A DNA stretch of 64,000 bases from an uncultured Clostridia bacterium (GCA_944391965.1 CALXVH010000001.1:38828-102827); one strand, 5' to 3'; shown: positions 45,744-57,191, numbered from the stretch's first letter. Notes: generated by a model from the letters alone, not told the origin. Made by a program: numbers and translations.

Positions 45744-47695
45744 TATTCTTCTTGTTTTATTTTTCCCGTTTTGTATGCATCTAATAGCTTATTTAAATCT
45801 TGAATTTGCCCTTCTAATTTTTTACCTATATCTGTATCTGCAATCTTTTTGCGTTCAACCTTTTCTACAATTTGTTTTGTGGAATGTATATCTGTTTCAT
45901 TTATAATAGCATCTTCTGTAGATGTAAATGGCTCATGTGCAGTAAGCAGTAAGCCATATGAATTATAGATTAATGTATAACCAGCAATACCTGTAGTTTT
46001 TTGATAAGGTTTAGAAAGTCCTCCATCAATTATTAATAATTTTCCGTTTGCTTTTATAGGACTTTCACCATCTTTCAATTTAACCGGCATATGTCCTCCA
46101 ATAATTCTTCCTTCTTCTTCATTTATTCCAAATTCTCTTAATATATCCTTACATACATTTTCAGCTTGTGCAAATTCATAAAATGGGTTTTTTGTTTCCT
46201 TTCTTAAATTTTTATCTTCTAAAAAATATCTTTCAAATGTTTTCATTGCATTTTTACAAAATATTGGTGAATACTTTCCACACCATAAATACCACAGAAA
46301 ATCCATAGCATTTGTTTTTTCTTCACTTTCATCTAAATAAAATGCTTTACGTGCAATTTCATCTATATAATCTAAATATTCTTTACCTTTTAGCTTTTTA
46401 TTTTCAAACTTTATTTCTACTAACTCTCCTAAATCATTCATTGGAACACATCCATGAATTAGCAAATTTTGATTATATATTTTATAAATACTACCTTTAG
46501 TATATAAAAAGTTTATATGTTTTTGTAATTTTTCACTATTTTTAAAACTTTTAATTAATTTTTCTACAACCTCTTTTTCTTCTACTGATAATTCATATGG
46601 AGAGTCTTTATCTATTGTCGGAAAATCTGTATCTAGCAACTTATAAGTATATCCATTAATATTTATAGTTCCTTCTTCAAAATTTATTTTGTCTAGTAAT
46701 AGTCTATCTTCCATTTCATATTCTGGATGTCTCTTAATTATTTCTGCTTCTAACTTAAACTGCATAATTGCTGCTGCTTTTTCCATTTTACCCATAAGTT
46801 CTATATCTAGACCTTCTTCAAATTCTTCTGTATGTGAATGGAAAATACTTGGAACCCTATTAGTATATTGTTCTTTTGCAAACTCAGTCATTTTTCTAAT
46901 ATTTATTCCATATCCCTCTTCTAAAATTGATAAAGTTCCATATCTTGCACAAATTCTTATAACATTCATTATACATGCTGGATTTCCACATGCTGCTCCC
47001 ATCCAAACAATGTCATGATTTCCCCATTCTATATCTATTGAATGATATTTCATAAGCTTATCAATTATAATATCTGGTCCAGGTCCTCTATCATAAATAT
47101 CTCCTATAATATGAAGATGATCTATTGATAACTGCTGAATTAATTTTGATATTTCTATTATAAAAGCTTCTGCCCTACCCAATTTTATTATTGATTCTAT
47201 TATTTGCGCATAATAAGTTTCTTTATCTTGTGATTCCATACTTCCATGTAATAACTCATCAATAATGTATTCATATCCTTTTGGCATTGCCTTTCTTACT
47301 TTTGACCTACTATATTTTGATGCAACTACTTTGCATAGTTTTATTAATCTATATAAAGTTATTTTATAATATTCATTTAAATTATCTTTATTTTCTTCTT
47401 TTAATAGTTTTAACTTTTCCTCTGGATAATAAATTAATGTAGCAAATTTTCTTCTCTCACTATTTGTCATAGTATATTCAAAAACTTCATCAATTTTTGT
47501 TTTTATTACTCCAGAAGCATTCTTTAATATGTGTAAAAAAGATTCATATTCTCCATGCAAGTCGCTTAAGAAATGTTCTGTACTTTTTGGTAAATTTTGA
47601 ATTGCTTTTAAATTGATTATTTCTGTACATACCTCTTGTATGTTAGGAAATTTTTCCGATAGTAATTTTAAATATTTTAATTCTTGTTGTTCCAT
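45743..47695 (-). CDS. fbp: Fructose-1,6-bisphosphatase class 3
   Basis: 650 aa, Firmicute class III FBPase length, with metallophosphoesterase motifs LSDLHGE, GDIYDRG and GNHD. Confidence 0.9.
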   Translation of the reverse strand: MEQQELKYLKLLSEKFPNIQEVCTEIINLKAIQNLPKSTEHFLSDLHGEYESFLHILKNASGVIKTKIDEVFEYTMTNSERRKFATLIYYPEEKLKLLKEENKDNLNEYYKITLYRLIKLCKVVASKYSRSKVRKAMPKGYEYIIDELLHGSMESQDKETYYAQIIESIIKLGRAEAFIIEISKLIQQLSIDHLHIIGDIYDRGPGPDIIIDKLMKYHSIDIEWGNHDIVWMGAACGNPACIMNVIRICARYGTLSILEEGYGINIRKMTEFAKEQYTNRVPSIFHSHTEEFEEGLDIELMGKMEKAAAIMQFKLEAEIIKRHPEYEMEDRLLLDKINFEEGTININGYTYKLLDTDFPTIDKDSPYELSVEEKEVVEKLIKSFKNSEKLQKHINFLYTKGSIYKIYNQNLLIHGCVPMNDLGELVEIKFENKKLKGKEYLDYIDEIARKAFYLDESEEKTNAMDFLWYLWCGKYSPIFCKNAMKTFERYFLEDKNLRKETKNPFYEFAQAENVCKDILREFGINEEEGRIIGGHMPVKLKDGESPIKANGKLLIIDGGLSKPYQKTTGIAGYTLIYNSYGLLLTAHEPFTSTEDAIINETDIHSTKQIVEKVERKKIADTDIGKKLEGQIQDLNKLLDAYKTGKIKQEE

Positions 47696-47716
47696 TTTTA
47701 TTCACCTAATTCTTTT

Positions 47717-48499
47717 TTATATTGCTTTACTCAATTCTTTATCTAAATAATCTTTAGCAAAATTATATACATTACATAAGCTTTCTTGTGCTTTATCATT
47801 CGCTATATCAAATCGACTATATAATTTTGTCAGAAATTTATCTTCTTTTATCTTTTGTAAAGTGAATTTATAATTGAAATCATAAATATATGCAAAATGA
47901 GCTATAGCTAAATCTAATCCTGAGTTTATGTTTTTATAATTTATATATTTATCCTCAAAAAATTCTCTGTATACTTCCTTATTAATGTTCTGTTTTTCTA
48001 TGTTATTTCCATAAAGTACATTTATATTTTCCATATTCAAAAAATAGAATATATCTAATTTATCTGCATCTCTTATTAGTTTAGTATGTACTAATTCTTT
48101 TTTATTCAAATCTTTATCTATGTTTAAATAACCCCTATTATGGTTTAATATTGCTTTTTTTATTACATTGTCATAAGTATCTTCTTTTATAAATTTTCTA
48201 ATCAAACCATCTTCGAATAGTACTTTTACGCCATGTTCTGCATGATTGACACTATCTTTATCCATAAAGGTATTATATATTTTTATTTGTTCAAATCTTC
48301 CTATATCATGCAAAAGTCCAATTAATTCAGCAAGATTTATATCCTCTTCACTAAGTTTTAATGATATAGCTAATTCTTTTGCCTTTTGACTTACTCTTTT
48401 AATATGTGCAATTTTTAATGCTATTTTTGGATCTTGTGGATTATAATTTTTTATATAATTTTTAAATTCTATTCTTGCGTTTTTTATATTTATATTCAT
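47717..48499 (-). CDS. HD-domain phosphohydrolase
   Basis: 260 aa with LLHDIGR and a downstream DADKLD. Confidence 0.8.
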   Translation of the reverse strand: MNINIKNARIEFKNYIKNYNPQDPKIALKIAHIKRVSQKAKELAISLKLSEEDINLAELIGLLHDIGRFEQIKIYNTFMDKDSVNHAEHGVKVLFEDGLIRKFIKEDTYDNVIKKAILNHNRGYLNIDKDLNKKELVHTKLIRDADKLDIFYFLNMENINVLYGNNIEKQNINKEVYREFFEDKYINYKNINSGLDLAIAHFAYIYDFNYKFTLQKIKEDKFLTKLYSRFDIANDKAQESLCNVYNFAKDYLDKELSKAI

Positions 48500-48519
48500 T
48501 TGTATATCCCTCCGTCAAA

Positions 48520-48547
48520 ATTGTATCATATCCTCCTTTTTTGTCAA
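48520..48547 (-). promoter_or_regulatory. Near-consensus sigma-A promoter for the HD-domain gene
   Basis: On the minus strand: TTGACA (48542-48547), a 16-nt spacer, then TACAAT (48520-48525), followed by a GGAGGG SD. Confidence 0.6.
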
Positions 48548-48562
48548 TTGAGGCTTTATAAT

Positions 48563-48645
48563 AAAAGTGGCTTCGTCATATGTGCAGATTGCTTTGCAAT
48601 CGCACGGATATAGGTAACTTATCCTTGTTGTTATACAATAACAAA
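48563..48645 (-). repeat. Family-2 repeat, copy A
   Basis: The minus strand reads ACAAGGATAAGTTACCTATATCCGTGCGATTGCAAAGCAATCTGCACATATGACGAAGCCACTTTT, preceded by the hairpin TTGTTAT-TGT-ATAACAA. It is roughly 85% identical to copy B. Confidence 0.75.
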
Positions 48646-48647
48646 TT

Positions 48648-48670
48648 AAGCGAACTTATGCGGTTCGCTT
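48648..48670 (-). terminator. Hairpin at the ytfJ stop codon
   Basis: AAGCGAAC-TTATGCG-GTTCGCTT, overlapping the TAA of ytfJ. Confidence 0.55.
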
Positions 48671-49175
48671 AATCATCTTCCATTTCTTCAGAAGTAATTG
48701 TTGTTTCATACTCAAAAGGTCTTTTTACTTTTACTATTTTTTCTTTTTTAGTATTTACTTTTTCTTCTTTATTTGTACATTTATTAATTAAATTATTGGC
48801 CTTTTCCATTATATCTGGAACATAATCTAATAATTTATCCACTGATGAAGAATGTTCTATAGGTAATAATTTTACACTTTGATTTTGTACTACTAAAAAT
48901 GCTATCGGACTTATATTTACTGCAGCACCACTACCTCCTCCAAATGGTAATTTATATTCTATAGATTCTTCTTTTTCCTTCTTGTTGTAATTATCTATAG
49001 TCTCACTATTAAATTCACTACCTCCTGATGCAAATCCAAAAGTTACCTTTGATAAAGGGATAATTATTCCATTTTTCGTTTCTATTGGCTTGCCTACAAT
49101 AGTATTAACATCCACCATATCCTTAATACTATTCATGGTTGTATTCATAAGTCCTTCTATAGGATTTTCTTGCAT
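48669..49175 (-). CDS. ytfJ: Sporulation protein YtfJ/GerW family
   Basis: 168 aa. NPIEGLMNTTMNSIKDMVDVNTIVGKPIET and GFASGGSEF match the YtfJ family pattern. Confidence 0.8.
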   Translation of the reverse strand: MQENPIEGLMNTTMNSIKDMVDVNTIVGKPIETKNGIIIPLSKVTFGFASGGSEFNSETIDNYNKKEKEESIEYKLPFGGGSGAAVNISPIAFLVVQNQSVKLLPIEHSSSVDKLLDYVPDIMEKANNLINKCTNKEEKVNTKKEKIVKVKRPFEYETTITSEEMEDD

Positions 49176-49734
49176 TTTTATCAGCTCTCTTTCTTTTCAA
49201 AATTTCACACATTACACTTATAATATGTATAATTTTTATATTTATTATACTATTTAGATAAATTTCGTATGTTGTATTATTGGCATATTTCATGCTTATT
49301 CCATATTTTCCTTCATCTTTATCAATCATATTTTTAGCAAATATGATCGACAAAATAGTTGATAATACTACTGTTGCAAAAGTCATTAAAAATATATTTT
49401 CACTTTGTAAATTAATTTTTACATAGAGCTCTTCTACCTTTGTTATTCCAAGAATTTGCTTTAATTCAGTTTTATATATTTTAATTTTCGACTTATTCAT
49501 GTTCTTTTCTAAATTTTCTAGAGTCATTTTCTTTTTTATAAATTTACTATCTAGTAAATTCAACTCTAAATATGGTATTATATTTAGAAATTTTAGTACT
49601 ATTTTTATTTCTCCATCTTTTTTTTGATTGTTTTTTATATATAAATTATTTATTTGTAATTGAATTGTAGTGGCTGCTAGCAATACTATTAAACTACCTA
49701 ATATTATTAATACAATAAAAAAAAATACTAGCAT
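49129..49734 (-). CDS. Hypothetical membrane protein, probably YtfI-like (DUF2953)
   Basis: 201 aa with an N-terminal TM. It lies immediately upstream of ytfJ and overlaps it by 47 nt, as in the ytfI-ytfJ arrangement. The assignment rests on synteny only. Confidence 0.5.
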   Translation of the reverse strand: MLVFFFIVLIILGSLIVLLAATTIQLQINNLYIKNNQKKDGEIKIVLKFLNIIPYLELNLLDSKFIKKKMTLENLEKNMNKSKIKIYKTELKQILGITKVEELYVKINLQSENIFLMTFATVVLSTILSIIFAKNMIDKDEGKYGISMKYANNTTYEIYLNSIINIKIIHIISVMCEILKRKRADKNARKSYRRTYEYNHE

Positions 49735-49774
49735 ATTTCCACCTCTGCTAGTATTTTTTCCAAATTTTATTTAT

Positions 49775-50530
49775 TTATACTATTTTTTTCTTTTTCTCTA
49801 CGATTATATCTTCGAAAAGATCTTCTTGCTTTGTATTTACTTTATCTCTTTTTGACATTTCTAGTAACCCACTAAATGCTGTTACTACTTCTTGTTTATT
49901 ATGTTCTTTTAAAGAGAATAATTTATTAAATACAAATTTATTATTTTTGATTAATGCTTTAAACATTTCTTTTACTTTACTTGTTACTGTATAGTTATCT
50001 GTTATCGCAATTTTCTCTATGTTTTCTGCATTCTTATTTATTTTTTCTTCGTTTTTCTCTAAAAGAGATTTATATAAGTTTGGTATTAAGTCTTTATCAT
50101 ATTCTTTTTCGATTTCTTGTTTTGGCAAGTCTATATTCTCTTTAATTCCTAAATAAATCTTTGAGTTTTCCTCATAATTTACTTTTAATTTCTTTATAAT
50201 TTCCTTATATTTTTTATATTCGATAATTCTTTGTATAAGTTCCTCTTCTGTAAGTTCTTCTTCTGCTTCTTCTTGTTTTGGAAGTAAACTCTTAGATTTT
50301 AAATAGATTAATGTTGATGCCATTATTACAAATTCACTGGCTATATCTAGGTTCATTTCTTCCATATGATTTAAATAATCTATATATTGATCTGCTATTT
50401 CGTTTATTTTAATATCATAAATATCCATTTTATTTTTGTCTATTAAATGACATAATAAATCTAATGGTCCTTCGAAATTATCTATTTTTATTGCATATTT
50501 ATTTGTCTCTAACATCAACATATTTGCCAT
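49775..50530 (-). CDS. scpA: Segregation and condensation protein A (kleisin)
   Basis: 251 aa. FEGPLDLLCHLIDKNKMDIYDIKINEIADQY is typical of ScpA. Confidence 0.85.
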   Translation of the reverse strand: MANMLMLETNKYAIKIDNFEGPLDLLCHLIDKNKMDIYDIKINEIADQYIDYLNHMEEMNLDIASEFVIMASTLIYLKSKSLLPKQEEAEEELTEEELIQRIIEYKKYKEIIKKLKVNYEENSKIYLGIKENIDLPKQEIEKEYDKDLIPNLYKSLLEKNEEKINKNAENIEKIAITDNYTVTSKVKEMFKALIKNNKFVFNKLFSLKEHNKQEVVTAFSGLLEMSKRDKVNTKQEDLFEDIIVEKKKKIV

Positions 50531-50532
50531 AA

Positions 50533-50967
50533 TTACTCCTCTATTTTTATATTGTCTTTTTTATATCCTTTTCTTAATAAATAATTTATTATATCTTCTT
50601 TTTCTGTATTATGTATTTTTTTATTTATTATGTTTTGAGCAGATTGTTTTTCGTATTCTTCTAATTCGTCTATATGTTCACTTACATAATCTTCTAATAC
50701 ATCTCTTCTTATACCCTTTGAATATAATTTATATATTATCTCTTTTATAGACATATTTTTTAAATTTTTGAATTCAGTAACTGCTCTTTCTATATAATTT
50801 TTGTCATTTATATATCCTGCTTCTTTTAAATATTCTATACTATCTTCTAAAAGTTCTTCATCTATATCTTTAAATTTTGTTCTTATTTCATTTTCTGTTC
50901 TTTTTTTATACATAATGTATTTTAAAATTTTCGTTTTTGTTTTGTCAAATTCCTCTATACTATACAT
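50533..50967 (-). CDS. recX: Recombination regulator RecX
   Basis: 144-aa helical-repeat protein directly downstream of recA. Confidence 0.7.
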   Translation of the reverse strand: MYSIEEFDKTKTKILKYIMYKKRTENEIRTKFKDIDEELLEDSIEYLKEAGYINDKNYIERAVTEFKNLKNMSIKEIIYKLYSKGIRRDVLEDYVSEHIDELEEYEKQSAQNIINKKIHNTEKEDIINYLLRKGYKKDNIKIEE

Positions 50968-50983
50968 TTTTATTCCTTACTTT

Positions 50984-52075
50984 TTATTTTTTCTTTGGCT
51001 TTGCTTCTTCATCCTCTACTAATACTACTACATCATCATCATCATTATTTTCTTCTTCATCGCCTAAGCTTTTTTCAAAAGCTTTTTCGAAATTATCTCT
51101 TACTTTCTTTTCTACTTCTGCCATTATATCTGGATTTTCTGCTAGATATTTTTTAACATTTTCTCTTCCTTGTCCAATTCTATTTCCATCATAACTGAAC
51201 CAAGAACCACTCTTTTCGATTATGTCTAGATTTACTGCCATGTCTAGAATATTTCCTTCTTTAGAAATACCTTTACCATATACTATATCAAATTCTGCTT
51301 CTCTAAATGGTGGTGCAACTTTATTTTTTACAACTTTTACCCTTGCTCTACTTCCTGTTATTTCACCATCTTGTTTTATATTTTCTATTTTTCTAATATC
51401 CATTCTAACTGATGCATAGAATTTTAAAGCTCTACCACCAGTTGTTGTTTCTGGATTTCCAAACATAACACCTATTTTTTCTCTTAATTGATTTATAAAT
51501 ATTAATACTGTCTTTGATTTATTTATTGCTCCTGCTAATTTTCTTAATGCTTGTGACATTAATCTTGCTTGTAGACCCATATGAGAATCTCCCATATCTC
51601 CATCGATTTCTGCTTTTGGAACTAATGCTGCTACAGAGTCTACTACAACTACATCTAATGCTCCACTTCTTACTAAAGCCTCTGTTATTTCTAAGGCTTG
51701 TTCTCCTGTGTCTGGTTGTGATACTAGTAAATTATCTATATCTACACCTAAATGTTTTGCATATACTGGGTCTAATGCATGTTCTGCATCTATAAATGCT
51801 GCTTCACCATTCATTTTTTGTGCTTCTGCAATTATATGTAGTGCTAATGTTGTTTTACCAGATGATTCTGGTCCATATATTTCTATAATTCTTCCTCTTG
51901 GTACACCACCAATTCCCAATGCTATATCTAAACTTAAAGCTCCTGTTGGAATAGCTTCTACTTCCATTGCTTTAAATTCTCCTAATTTCATTACAGAACC
52001 TTTTCCAAATTGTTTTTCTATTTGACTCATTGCCATTTCTAACGCTTTTTTTCTTTCTATATTTTCTCCACTCAT
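50984..52075 (-). CDS. recA: Recombinase RecA
   Basis: 363 aa with Walker [10 protein letters not shown] and RecA L1/L2 regions, plus an acidic and Lys-rich C-terminal tail. Confidence 0.97.
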   Translation of the reverse strand: MSGENIERKKALEMAMSQIEKQFGKGSVMKLGEFKAMEVEAIPTGALSLDIALGIGGVPRGRIIEIYGPESSGKTTLALHIIAEAQKMNGEAAFIDAEHALDPVYAKHLGVDIDNLLVSQPDTGEQALEITEALVRSGALDVVVVDSVAALVPKAEIDGDMGDSHMGLQARLMSQALRKLAGAINKSKTVLIFINQLREKIGVMFGNPETTTGGRALKFYASVRMDIRKIENIKQDGEITGSRARVKVVKNKVAPPFREAEFDIVYGKGISKEGNILDMAVNLDIIEKSGSWFSYDGNRIGQGRENVKKYLAENPDIMAEVEKKVRDNFEKAFEKSLGDEEENNDDDDVVVLVEDEEAKPKKK

Positions 52076-52143
52076 TATTTTTCCTCCTATGAACGCATGT
52101 TTGTTTTATTATATACTAATTTATTTTTTTGTCAATACTTTTT

Positions 52144-53751
52144 TTACCTTCTGTACCAATTTTCTATTCCATAAAAAATATTATATTGATTTGGCTTTAT
52201 ATCTCCTACTAAACTTGTACTATAAATTACATTTACTTTATTAAAATATAAACTAATATATGGTACATCATCTCTATATATTTGAATTAACTTATTTGTA
52301 TTTTCTTTTATCTTATTTTCATCTGTTACACTTAATAGTTCATTTAATAAATTATTAGCTTCCTCATTTTGATAATTAGCTAAATTTCCTGATCCAAAAT
52401 AAGTAACCAAACTAGGTGATAATGAGCTATTAGTTCCTGTAATTATCATTCCATAGCTTCTATTATTTAGTGCTGTATTAAATCTTTCTGTATTTAATTT
52501 AGATACATTTACATGGATTCCTATATTTTCTAAACTTGTTTTAATTAAATCTGCAACTGCAACTTGTGAGCTATTATCTGCATTTACAGTAAGATTTATA
52601 TTTAATCTTATTGTTCTATAATTTTCAGTTTTTTGCCAACTTCCATATTTATATGACCAACCACCATCAATCAACACTTGCTTAGCTTGATCTGGATTAT
52701 ATCCTGCACTAGTACTAGTCTGGTCAAATGTCCAATTACCATAATCTAATGGATTATCTGCTGTAAAATATTTTCCACCAAATACACTTGTTACTATACT
52801 ACTTTTATCTATAGCATATGATATTGCTTTTCTTACTTCCCATCTACTTAAGAAACTATCTGCAGTATTTAATGCAATAAAATCATGTCTTCTTCCGTAA
52901 TATTCTTTTTTGTTATAGCCAATAGTTCCGATATTATCTTCTATATTTATATTTTCAGTTGTTAATATATCTATATTTCCTAATTTAAATGCATTGTATG
53001 CTTCTCCCATAGATGAATATTTATTTACATTTATAGTTTCAACCTTTGCATTTTTTTCTGATATATTCCACCAACTAGTATTCTTTTTTAATACCAATGT
53101 ATTTTCTGAATTTGATTCTATTTTATACATCCCTGTGCCAATTGGAGTATTATTTTTATCTGTATTTTGTATATCTTGTCCTGAAAAATATGTGCTTGAA
53201 ACTATTGGAAATATTAAATTATATTCAAAAAATGGTATTATTGTGTCTAAATTTATTCTTACACTATAATTATCAATTATATCAACACTTGTAATATGTT
53301 GAACATTATAACTATATATTGAATTTATTTGTTTTAATGCTTCTATTGTATATTTTACATCTTGTGCTGTAAATGCTGTCCCATCTTGCCATTTTACATT
53401 ATTTCTTAATTTTATTATATAAGAAGTATCTCCAGATTTTGCCCATTCTGTAGCTAAACAAGCTTGTAATTTATAATTCTCATCTAATTGTATTAATGGT
53501 TCAAATATTAATTTAGTTATCTCTTGCACATTTCTATTGCTACTTATTAACGGATTTATTGTATCATAACTTACTATTTCCATTCTTAAATCTGTAATAG
53601 TTTGATTTGTTTGAGCTGTTGTCTGATTTTCTGTATTTTCTGAACTTGACTTATTGTCTCCATAAATCATATAAACAGCTATACCAATAATTATAATTAC
53701 AGCTATAAAAAATATATATTTCATAAAATTTGATTTCATTTTTCTCTCCAT
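52144..53751 (-). CDS. ABC transporter substrate-binding protein, family 5 (peptide/nickel type), orphan
   Basis: 535 aa with an N-terminal TM anchor. LATEWAKSGDTSYIIKLRNNVKWQDGTAFTAQDV is typical of SBP_bac_5. No permease or ATPase genes are adjacent. Confidence 0.8.
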   Translation of the reverse strand: MERKMKSNFMKYIFFIAVIIIIGIAVYMIYGDNKSSSENTENQTTAQTNQTITDLRMEIVSYDTINPLISSNRNVQEITKLIFEPLIQLDENYKLQACLATEWAKSGDTSYIIKLRNNVKWQDGTAFTAQDVKYTIEALKQINSIYSYNVQHITSVDIIDNYSVRINLDTIIPFFEYNLIFPIVSSTYFSGQDIQNTDKNNTPIGTGMYKIESNSENTLVLKKNTSWWNISEKNAKVETINVNKYSSMGEAYNAFKLGNIDILTTENINIEDNIGTIGYNKKEYYGRRHDFIALNTADSFLSRWEVRKAISYAIDKSSIVTSVFGGKYFTADNPLDYGNWTFDQTSTSAGYNPDQAKQVLIDGGWSYKYGSWQKTENYRTIRLNINLTVNADNSSQVAVADLIKTSLENIGIHVNVSKLNTERFNTALNNRSYGMIITGTNSSLSPSLVTYFGSGNLANYQNEEANNLLNELLSVTDENKIKENTNKLIQIYRDDVPYISLYFNKVNVIYSTSLVGDIKPNQYNIFYGIENWYRR

Positions 53752-53858
53752 TTACATTTGTATTTTACTTCTCTATAATATATTAATTTTGTTTTTTTTT
53801 CAAGATATTTTTATTTGTATATACAAAAATGGGGACTTAAATAAGCCCCCACTATAAT

Positions 53859-54122
53859 TTATTTTCTTGATTCTATTATTAACTTCATCCCAGTTCTATC
53901 TTCTCCTTCTACTTGAACTTCTGCAAATGCAGGTATACAAACTAAATCTACTCCTGATGGTGCTACAAATCCTCTTGCTATTGCTACTGCTTTTACAGCT
54001 TGATTTAATGCTCCAGCACCTATTGCTTGCATTTCTGCCTTGTTATTTTCCTTTACCAAACCTGCTATTGCTCCTGCAACAGAATTTGGATTTGATTTTG
54101 ATGAGATTTTTAAAACTTCCAT
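53859..54122 (-). CDS. spoVS: Stage V sporulation protein S
   Basis: 87 aa. MEVLKISSKSNPNSVAGAIAG...AIGAGALNQAVKAVAIARGF matches SpoVS closely. Confidence 0.95.
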   Translation of the reverse strand: MEVLKISSKSNPNSVAGAIAGLVKENNKAEMQAIGAGALNQAVKAVAIARGFVAPSGVDLVCIPAFAEVQVEGEDRTGMKLIIESRK

Positions 54123-54255
54123 TTTTTGCCTCCTATAATTTATTTTTTAGTTCATCTTGTGACTGATATATTTATATTATATTTGGAAAATAATGTAAAG
54201 ATATTTTTCCATTTTTTAGGAGGTTTGTATCGCATGTTTTAACACTTTTCGACAT

Positions 54256-55029
54256 TTATCTATCATTTATTCTAATTATCTCTTCTGTTCGATTGGTTTC
54301 ATCATTTATCTTAAAAACACATCCATTTACCATTGCTTCACTATCTGCTAATTTATATCTTTCTGGAAGTGAGGTTACAAATCTTTTAAAAGAAACTCCT
54401 ACATCCATTCCTATAACAGATTTTTTTGGTCCTGTCATTCCAATATCGGTCATATATGCTGTTCCCTTTTCTAATATTTGATCATCAGCAGTTTGAACAT
54501 GTGTATGTGTTCCATATACTATAGTAAATTTTCCATCCATATAATATCCCATGGCAATTTTTTCTGCTGTAGCTTCAGCATGAAAATCTAGTACAAATAT
54601 ATCTACTTGATTTTTTAATTTATTATATATATCATTTGCAACTATAAATGGATTTTCTGATAAACTCCCCATAGATGTTCTTCCTATTAAATTTATAACT
54701 GCTATTCTTTTATTGTTTTTGTTAATTATACTATAATCATTACCAGGTAAACCTTTTGTATAATTTGCAGGTCTTACAATTCTTTTATCATCTATAAATG
54801 AAAATATATCTTTCTTTCCCCAGGTATGGTTTCCCATTGTTATTACATCTGCTCCTGCATTTATTAAGGAATCAAAAATTTTCTTAGTTATTCCCATTCC
54901 TCCTGCTGAATTCTCACCATTTATTATGCAAAAATCTATATCATATTTTTCTTTTAGTTTTGGCAACTCTTTTACAATTTTCTTTACGCCAATTTCTCCT
55001 ACAATATCGCCTATTGCTAAAATATTCAT
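54256..55029 (-). CDS. ymdB: YmdB-family metallophosphoesterase (TIGR00282)
   Basis: 257 aa with the GDIVG, GNH and GTHTHV motifs. It shows the conserved rny-ymdB-spoVS synteny. Confidence 0.9.
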   Translation of the reverse strand: MNILAIGDIVGEIGVKKIVKELPKLKEKYDIDFCIINGENSAGGMGITKKIFDSLINAGADVITMGNHTWGKKDIFSFIDDKRIVRPANYTKGLPGNDYSIINKNNKRIAVINLIGRTSMGSLSENPFIVANDIYNKLKNQVDIFVLDFHAEATAEKIAMGYYMDGKFTIVYGTHTHVQTADDQILEKGTAYMTDIGMTGPKKSVIGMDVGVSFKRFVTSLPERYKLADSEAMVNGCVFKINDETNRTEEIIRINDR

Positions 55030-55148
55030 ATTCTACCTTCTTTCTAATTCTGTTATATTATATAGTAGGTTTATTAGTATTTCAAGTTTTATATTAATTA
55101 ATATAGAATGTAGAAAGTTCTACTGCAATTAAATTTTTCCTATACAAC

Positions 55149-55178
55149 AAAAAAAGTAGCATCTCTGCTACTTTTTTT
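55149..55178. terminator. Bidirectional terminator at the rny stop
   Basis: A7-GTAGCA-TCTC-TGCTAC-T7. The T-run overlaps the rny TAA. Confidence 0.7.
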
Positions 55179-56718
55179 ATTTTGCATAATCTATTACTCT
55201 TGTTTCTCTTACTAGGTTAACTTTTATTTGCCCTGGATAATCCATTTCTTTTTCTATTTTTTCTGAAATATTTCTTCCTAGTAATACCATTTGACTATCA
55301 GAAATTTTATCTGGCTTAACAATAATTCTTATCTCCCTACCAGCTTGGATTGCATAAGATTTATCTACACCATCGAATGAATCTGCAATTGATTCTAATT
55401 CCTGTAATCTCTTTATATATGCTTCTAAAGTTTCACGTCTTGCACCAGGTCTTGATGCAGATATTGCATCTGCTGCTTGTACTAAAACAGCCTCTATTGT
55501 TTGTGGTTCTACATCTCCATGGTGTGCTTCTACAGCATTAATTACTGCAGGATTCTCTTTGTATTTCTTTAATACTTCAACACCTATTTCAACATGAGTA
55601 CCTTCCATATCATGGTCTAATGCTTTTCCAATATCATGCAATAAACCAGCTCTTCTTGCAAGTTTTGGATCTAAGCCTAATTCTTCTGCCATGATTCGTG
55701 CTAAGTTTGAAACTTCTATAGAGTGATTTAAAACATTTTGACCATAACTTGTTCTATATTTTAGTTTTCCTATTAGTTTAACTAAATCTGGATGTAATCC
55801 CATAACTCCTGTTTCTAAAGTTGCTCTTTCTCCTTCTTCTTTAATTGTTTCTGCTAATTCTTCTTTAGCTTTTTCTACCATTTCTTCTATTTTTGAAGGA
55901 TGTATTCTTCCATCATCAATTAATTTTTCAAGAGCAATTCTAGCAACTTCTCTTCTTAATGGGTCAAAACCTGAAAGTACTACAGCCTCTGGAGTATCAT
56001 CAATAATTAAGTCTACACCAGTTAATGTTTCAATGGCTTTTATATTTCTTCCTTCTCTTCCGATAATTCTACCTTTCATATCATCATTAGGAAGTGAAAC
56101 TATTGAAACTGTAGTTTCTTGAGAATGATCTGCAGCACATTTTTGAATAGAATATCCTATAATTTCTTTAGCCATTTTATCTGCTTGTTCTTTAAATTGT
56201 TGCTCTTTTTCCTTTATTAAAATAGCTTTTTCATTAGTCAATTGTTCGTCAATCTCTTTTAATAATTGATTTTTTGCTTCTTCTGAAGTTAAATTAGATA
56301 TTCTTTCTAATTCTTCTCTTTGTTTAGAAATAAGTTTTTCCAAATTTAATTTTTCATTTTCTAAATCTTGTCTTTTTAATTCTAAATCTTTTTCTTTCTT
56401 TTCCAAATTATCTGATTTTTTATCTATGTTTTCTTCTCTTTGGAATAACCTTTTTTCTTGACTTTGTATTTCGCCTCTTCTTTCTTTAATCTCTTTATCC
56501 AATTCATTTCTTGCGTTCATAATTTCTTCTTTTGCTTTAAAAATTTCTTCTTTTTTCTTATTTTCAGCATCTTTATTAGCATTTTCTAATATTTTCTTTG
56601 CCTCTTCTTCAGCACTTTGAATTTTAGATTCTGCTATTTTCTTTCTATAAGCAACACCTATAAAAAAGAAGATAACAGCAGAGATTACAATAGAAGCGAT
56701 AATGATTCCTATATTCAT
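55177..56718 (-). CDS. rny: Ribonuclease Y
   Basis: 513 aa with an N-terminal TM, a coiled coil, a KH domain (GREGRNI) and an HD domain (LLHDIGK). Confidence 0.97.
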   Translation of the reverse strand: MNIGIIIASIVISAVIFFFIGVAYRKKIAESKIQSAEEEAKKILENANKDAENKKKEEIFKAKEEIMNARNELDKEIKERRGEIQSQEKRLFQREENIDKKSDNLEKKEKDLELKRQDLENEKLNLEKLISKQREELERISNLTSEEAKNQLLKEIDEQLTNEKAILIKEKEQQFKEQADKMAKEIIGYSIQKCAADHSQETTVSIVSLPNDDMKGRIIGREGRNIKAIETLTGVDLIIDDTPEAVVLSGFDPLRREVARIALEKLIDDGRIHPSKIEEMVEKAKEELAETIKEEGERATLETGVMGLHPDLVKLIGKLKYRTSYGQNVLNHSIEVSNLARIMAEELGLDPKLARRAGLLHDIGKALDHDMEGTHVEIGVEVLKKYKENPAVINAVEAHHGDVEPQTIEAVLVQAADAISASRPGARRETLEAYIKRLQELESIADSFDGVDKSYAIQAGREIRIIVKPDKISDSQMVLLGRNISEKIEKEMDYPGQIKVNLVRETRVIDYAK

Positions 56719-56883
56719 AACCCCTCTACCTCTTTCTATTAAATTTTCAATGTACAGTGTAAATATATATAAAACTTAAAAAAATATATTTTTACTCACA
56801 ATATAATTTTATCTTTAATATGCAATGCTGTCAAGGTTATTTATGTAAAATATTTTTTTAATTTGTTTTATAAAAATTAATAA

Positions 56884-56903
56884 CAGTCCTTTGCAAAGGA
56901 CTG
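56884..56903. terminator. Perfect palindromic hairpin downstream of the 84-aa gene
   Basis: CAGTCCTTTG/CAAAGGACTG, with T-rich flanks on both strands. Confidence 0.6.
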
Positions 56904-56925
56904 CTATTTTGTATTTTTTGATATT

Positions 56926-57180
56926 TTATTTTCTATTTTTCTCCCACTGCTTTCTAATAACTTTTAATGACATTCCTGATAAAATAAAACCTATTACTGG
57001 TACTAATGAACTTAACCATATATTTGATATAGTGTTTATAAGTGCTGAATATATAACTACTATTATATATGTTAATATGCAAATACATATTCTTCTCATA
57101 TTGCTTGTTTCCCATGCTTTGTCAAGCTCGACTATTTCATTTCTTTCTTTTATTTTTTCTATTTCCTGTTCAACATCCAT
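56926..57180 (-). CDS. Small hypothetical membrane protein (2 TM)
   Basis: 84-aa ORF located 12 nt downstream of thrS, with two hydrophobic helices. Confidence 0.55.
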   Translation of the reverse strand: MDVEQEIEKIKERNEIVELDKAWETSNMRRICICILTYIIVVIYSALINTISNIWLSSLVPVIGFILSGMSLKVIRKQWEKNRK

Positions 57181-57191
57181 GTTTATTTCCC

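Noticed and set aside
49775-50530. Absence of scpB directly downstream of scpA as a possible gene loss.
   Set aside because: Gene order varies among Firmicutes and scpB may be elsewhere in the genome. This cannot be evaluated from one window.
53828-53852. A GGGGACTTAAATAAGCCCCC hairpin downstream of spoVS as a possible degenerate family-1 copy.
   Set aside because: It shares only GGGGAC with the family core, and it lacks the GGGATTT/AAATCCC arms and the CGTTCC part. It is more simply an ordinary spoVS terminator.
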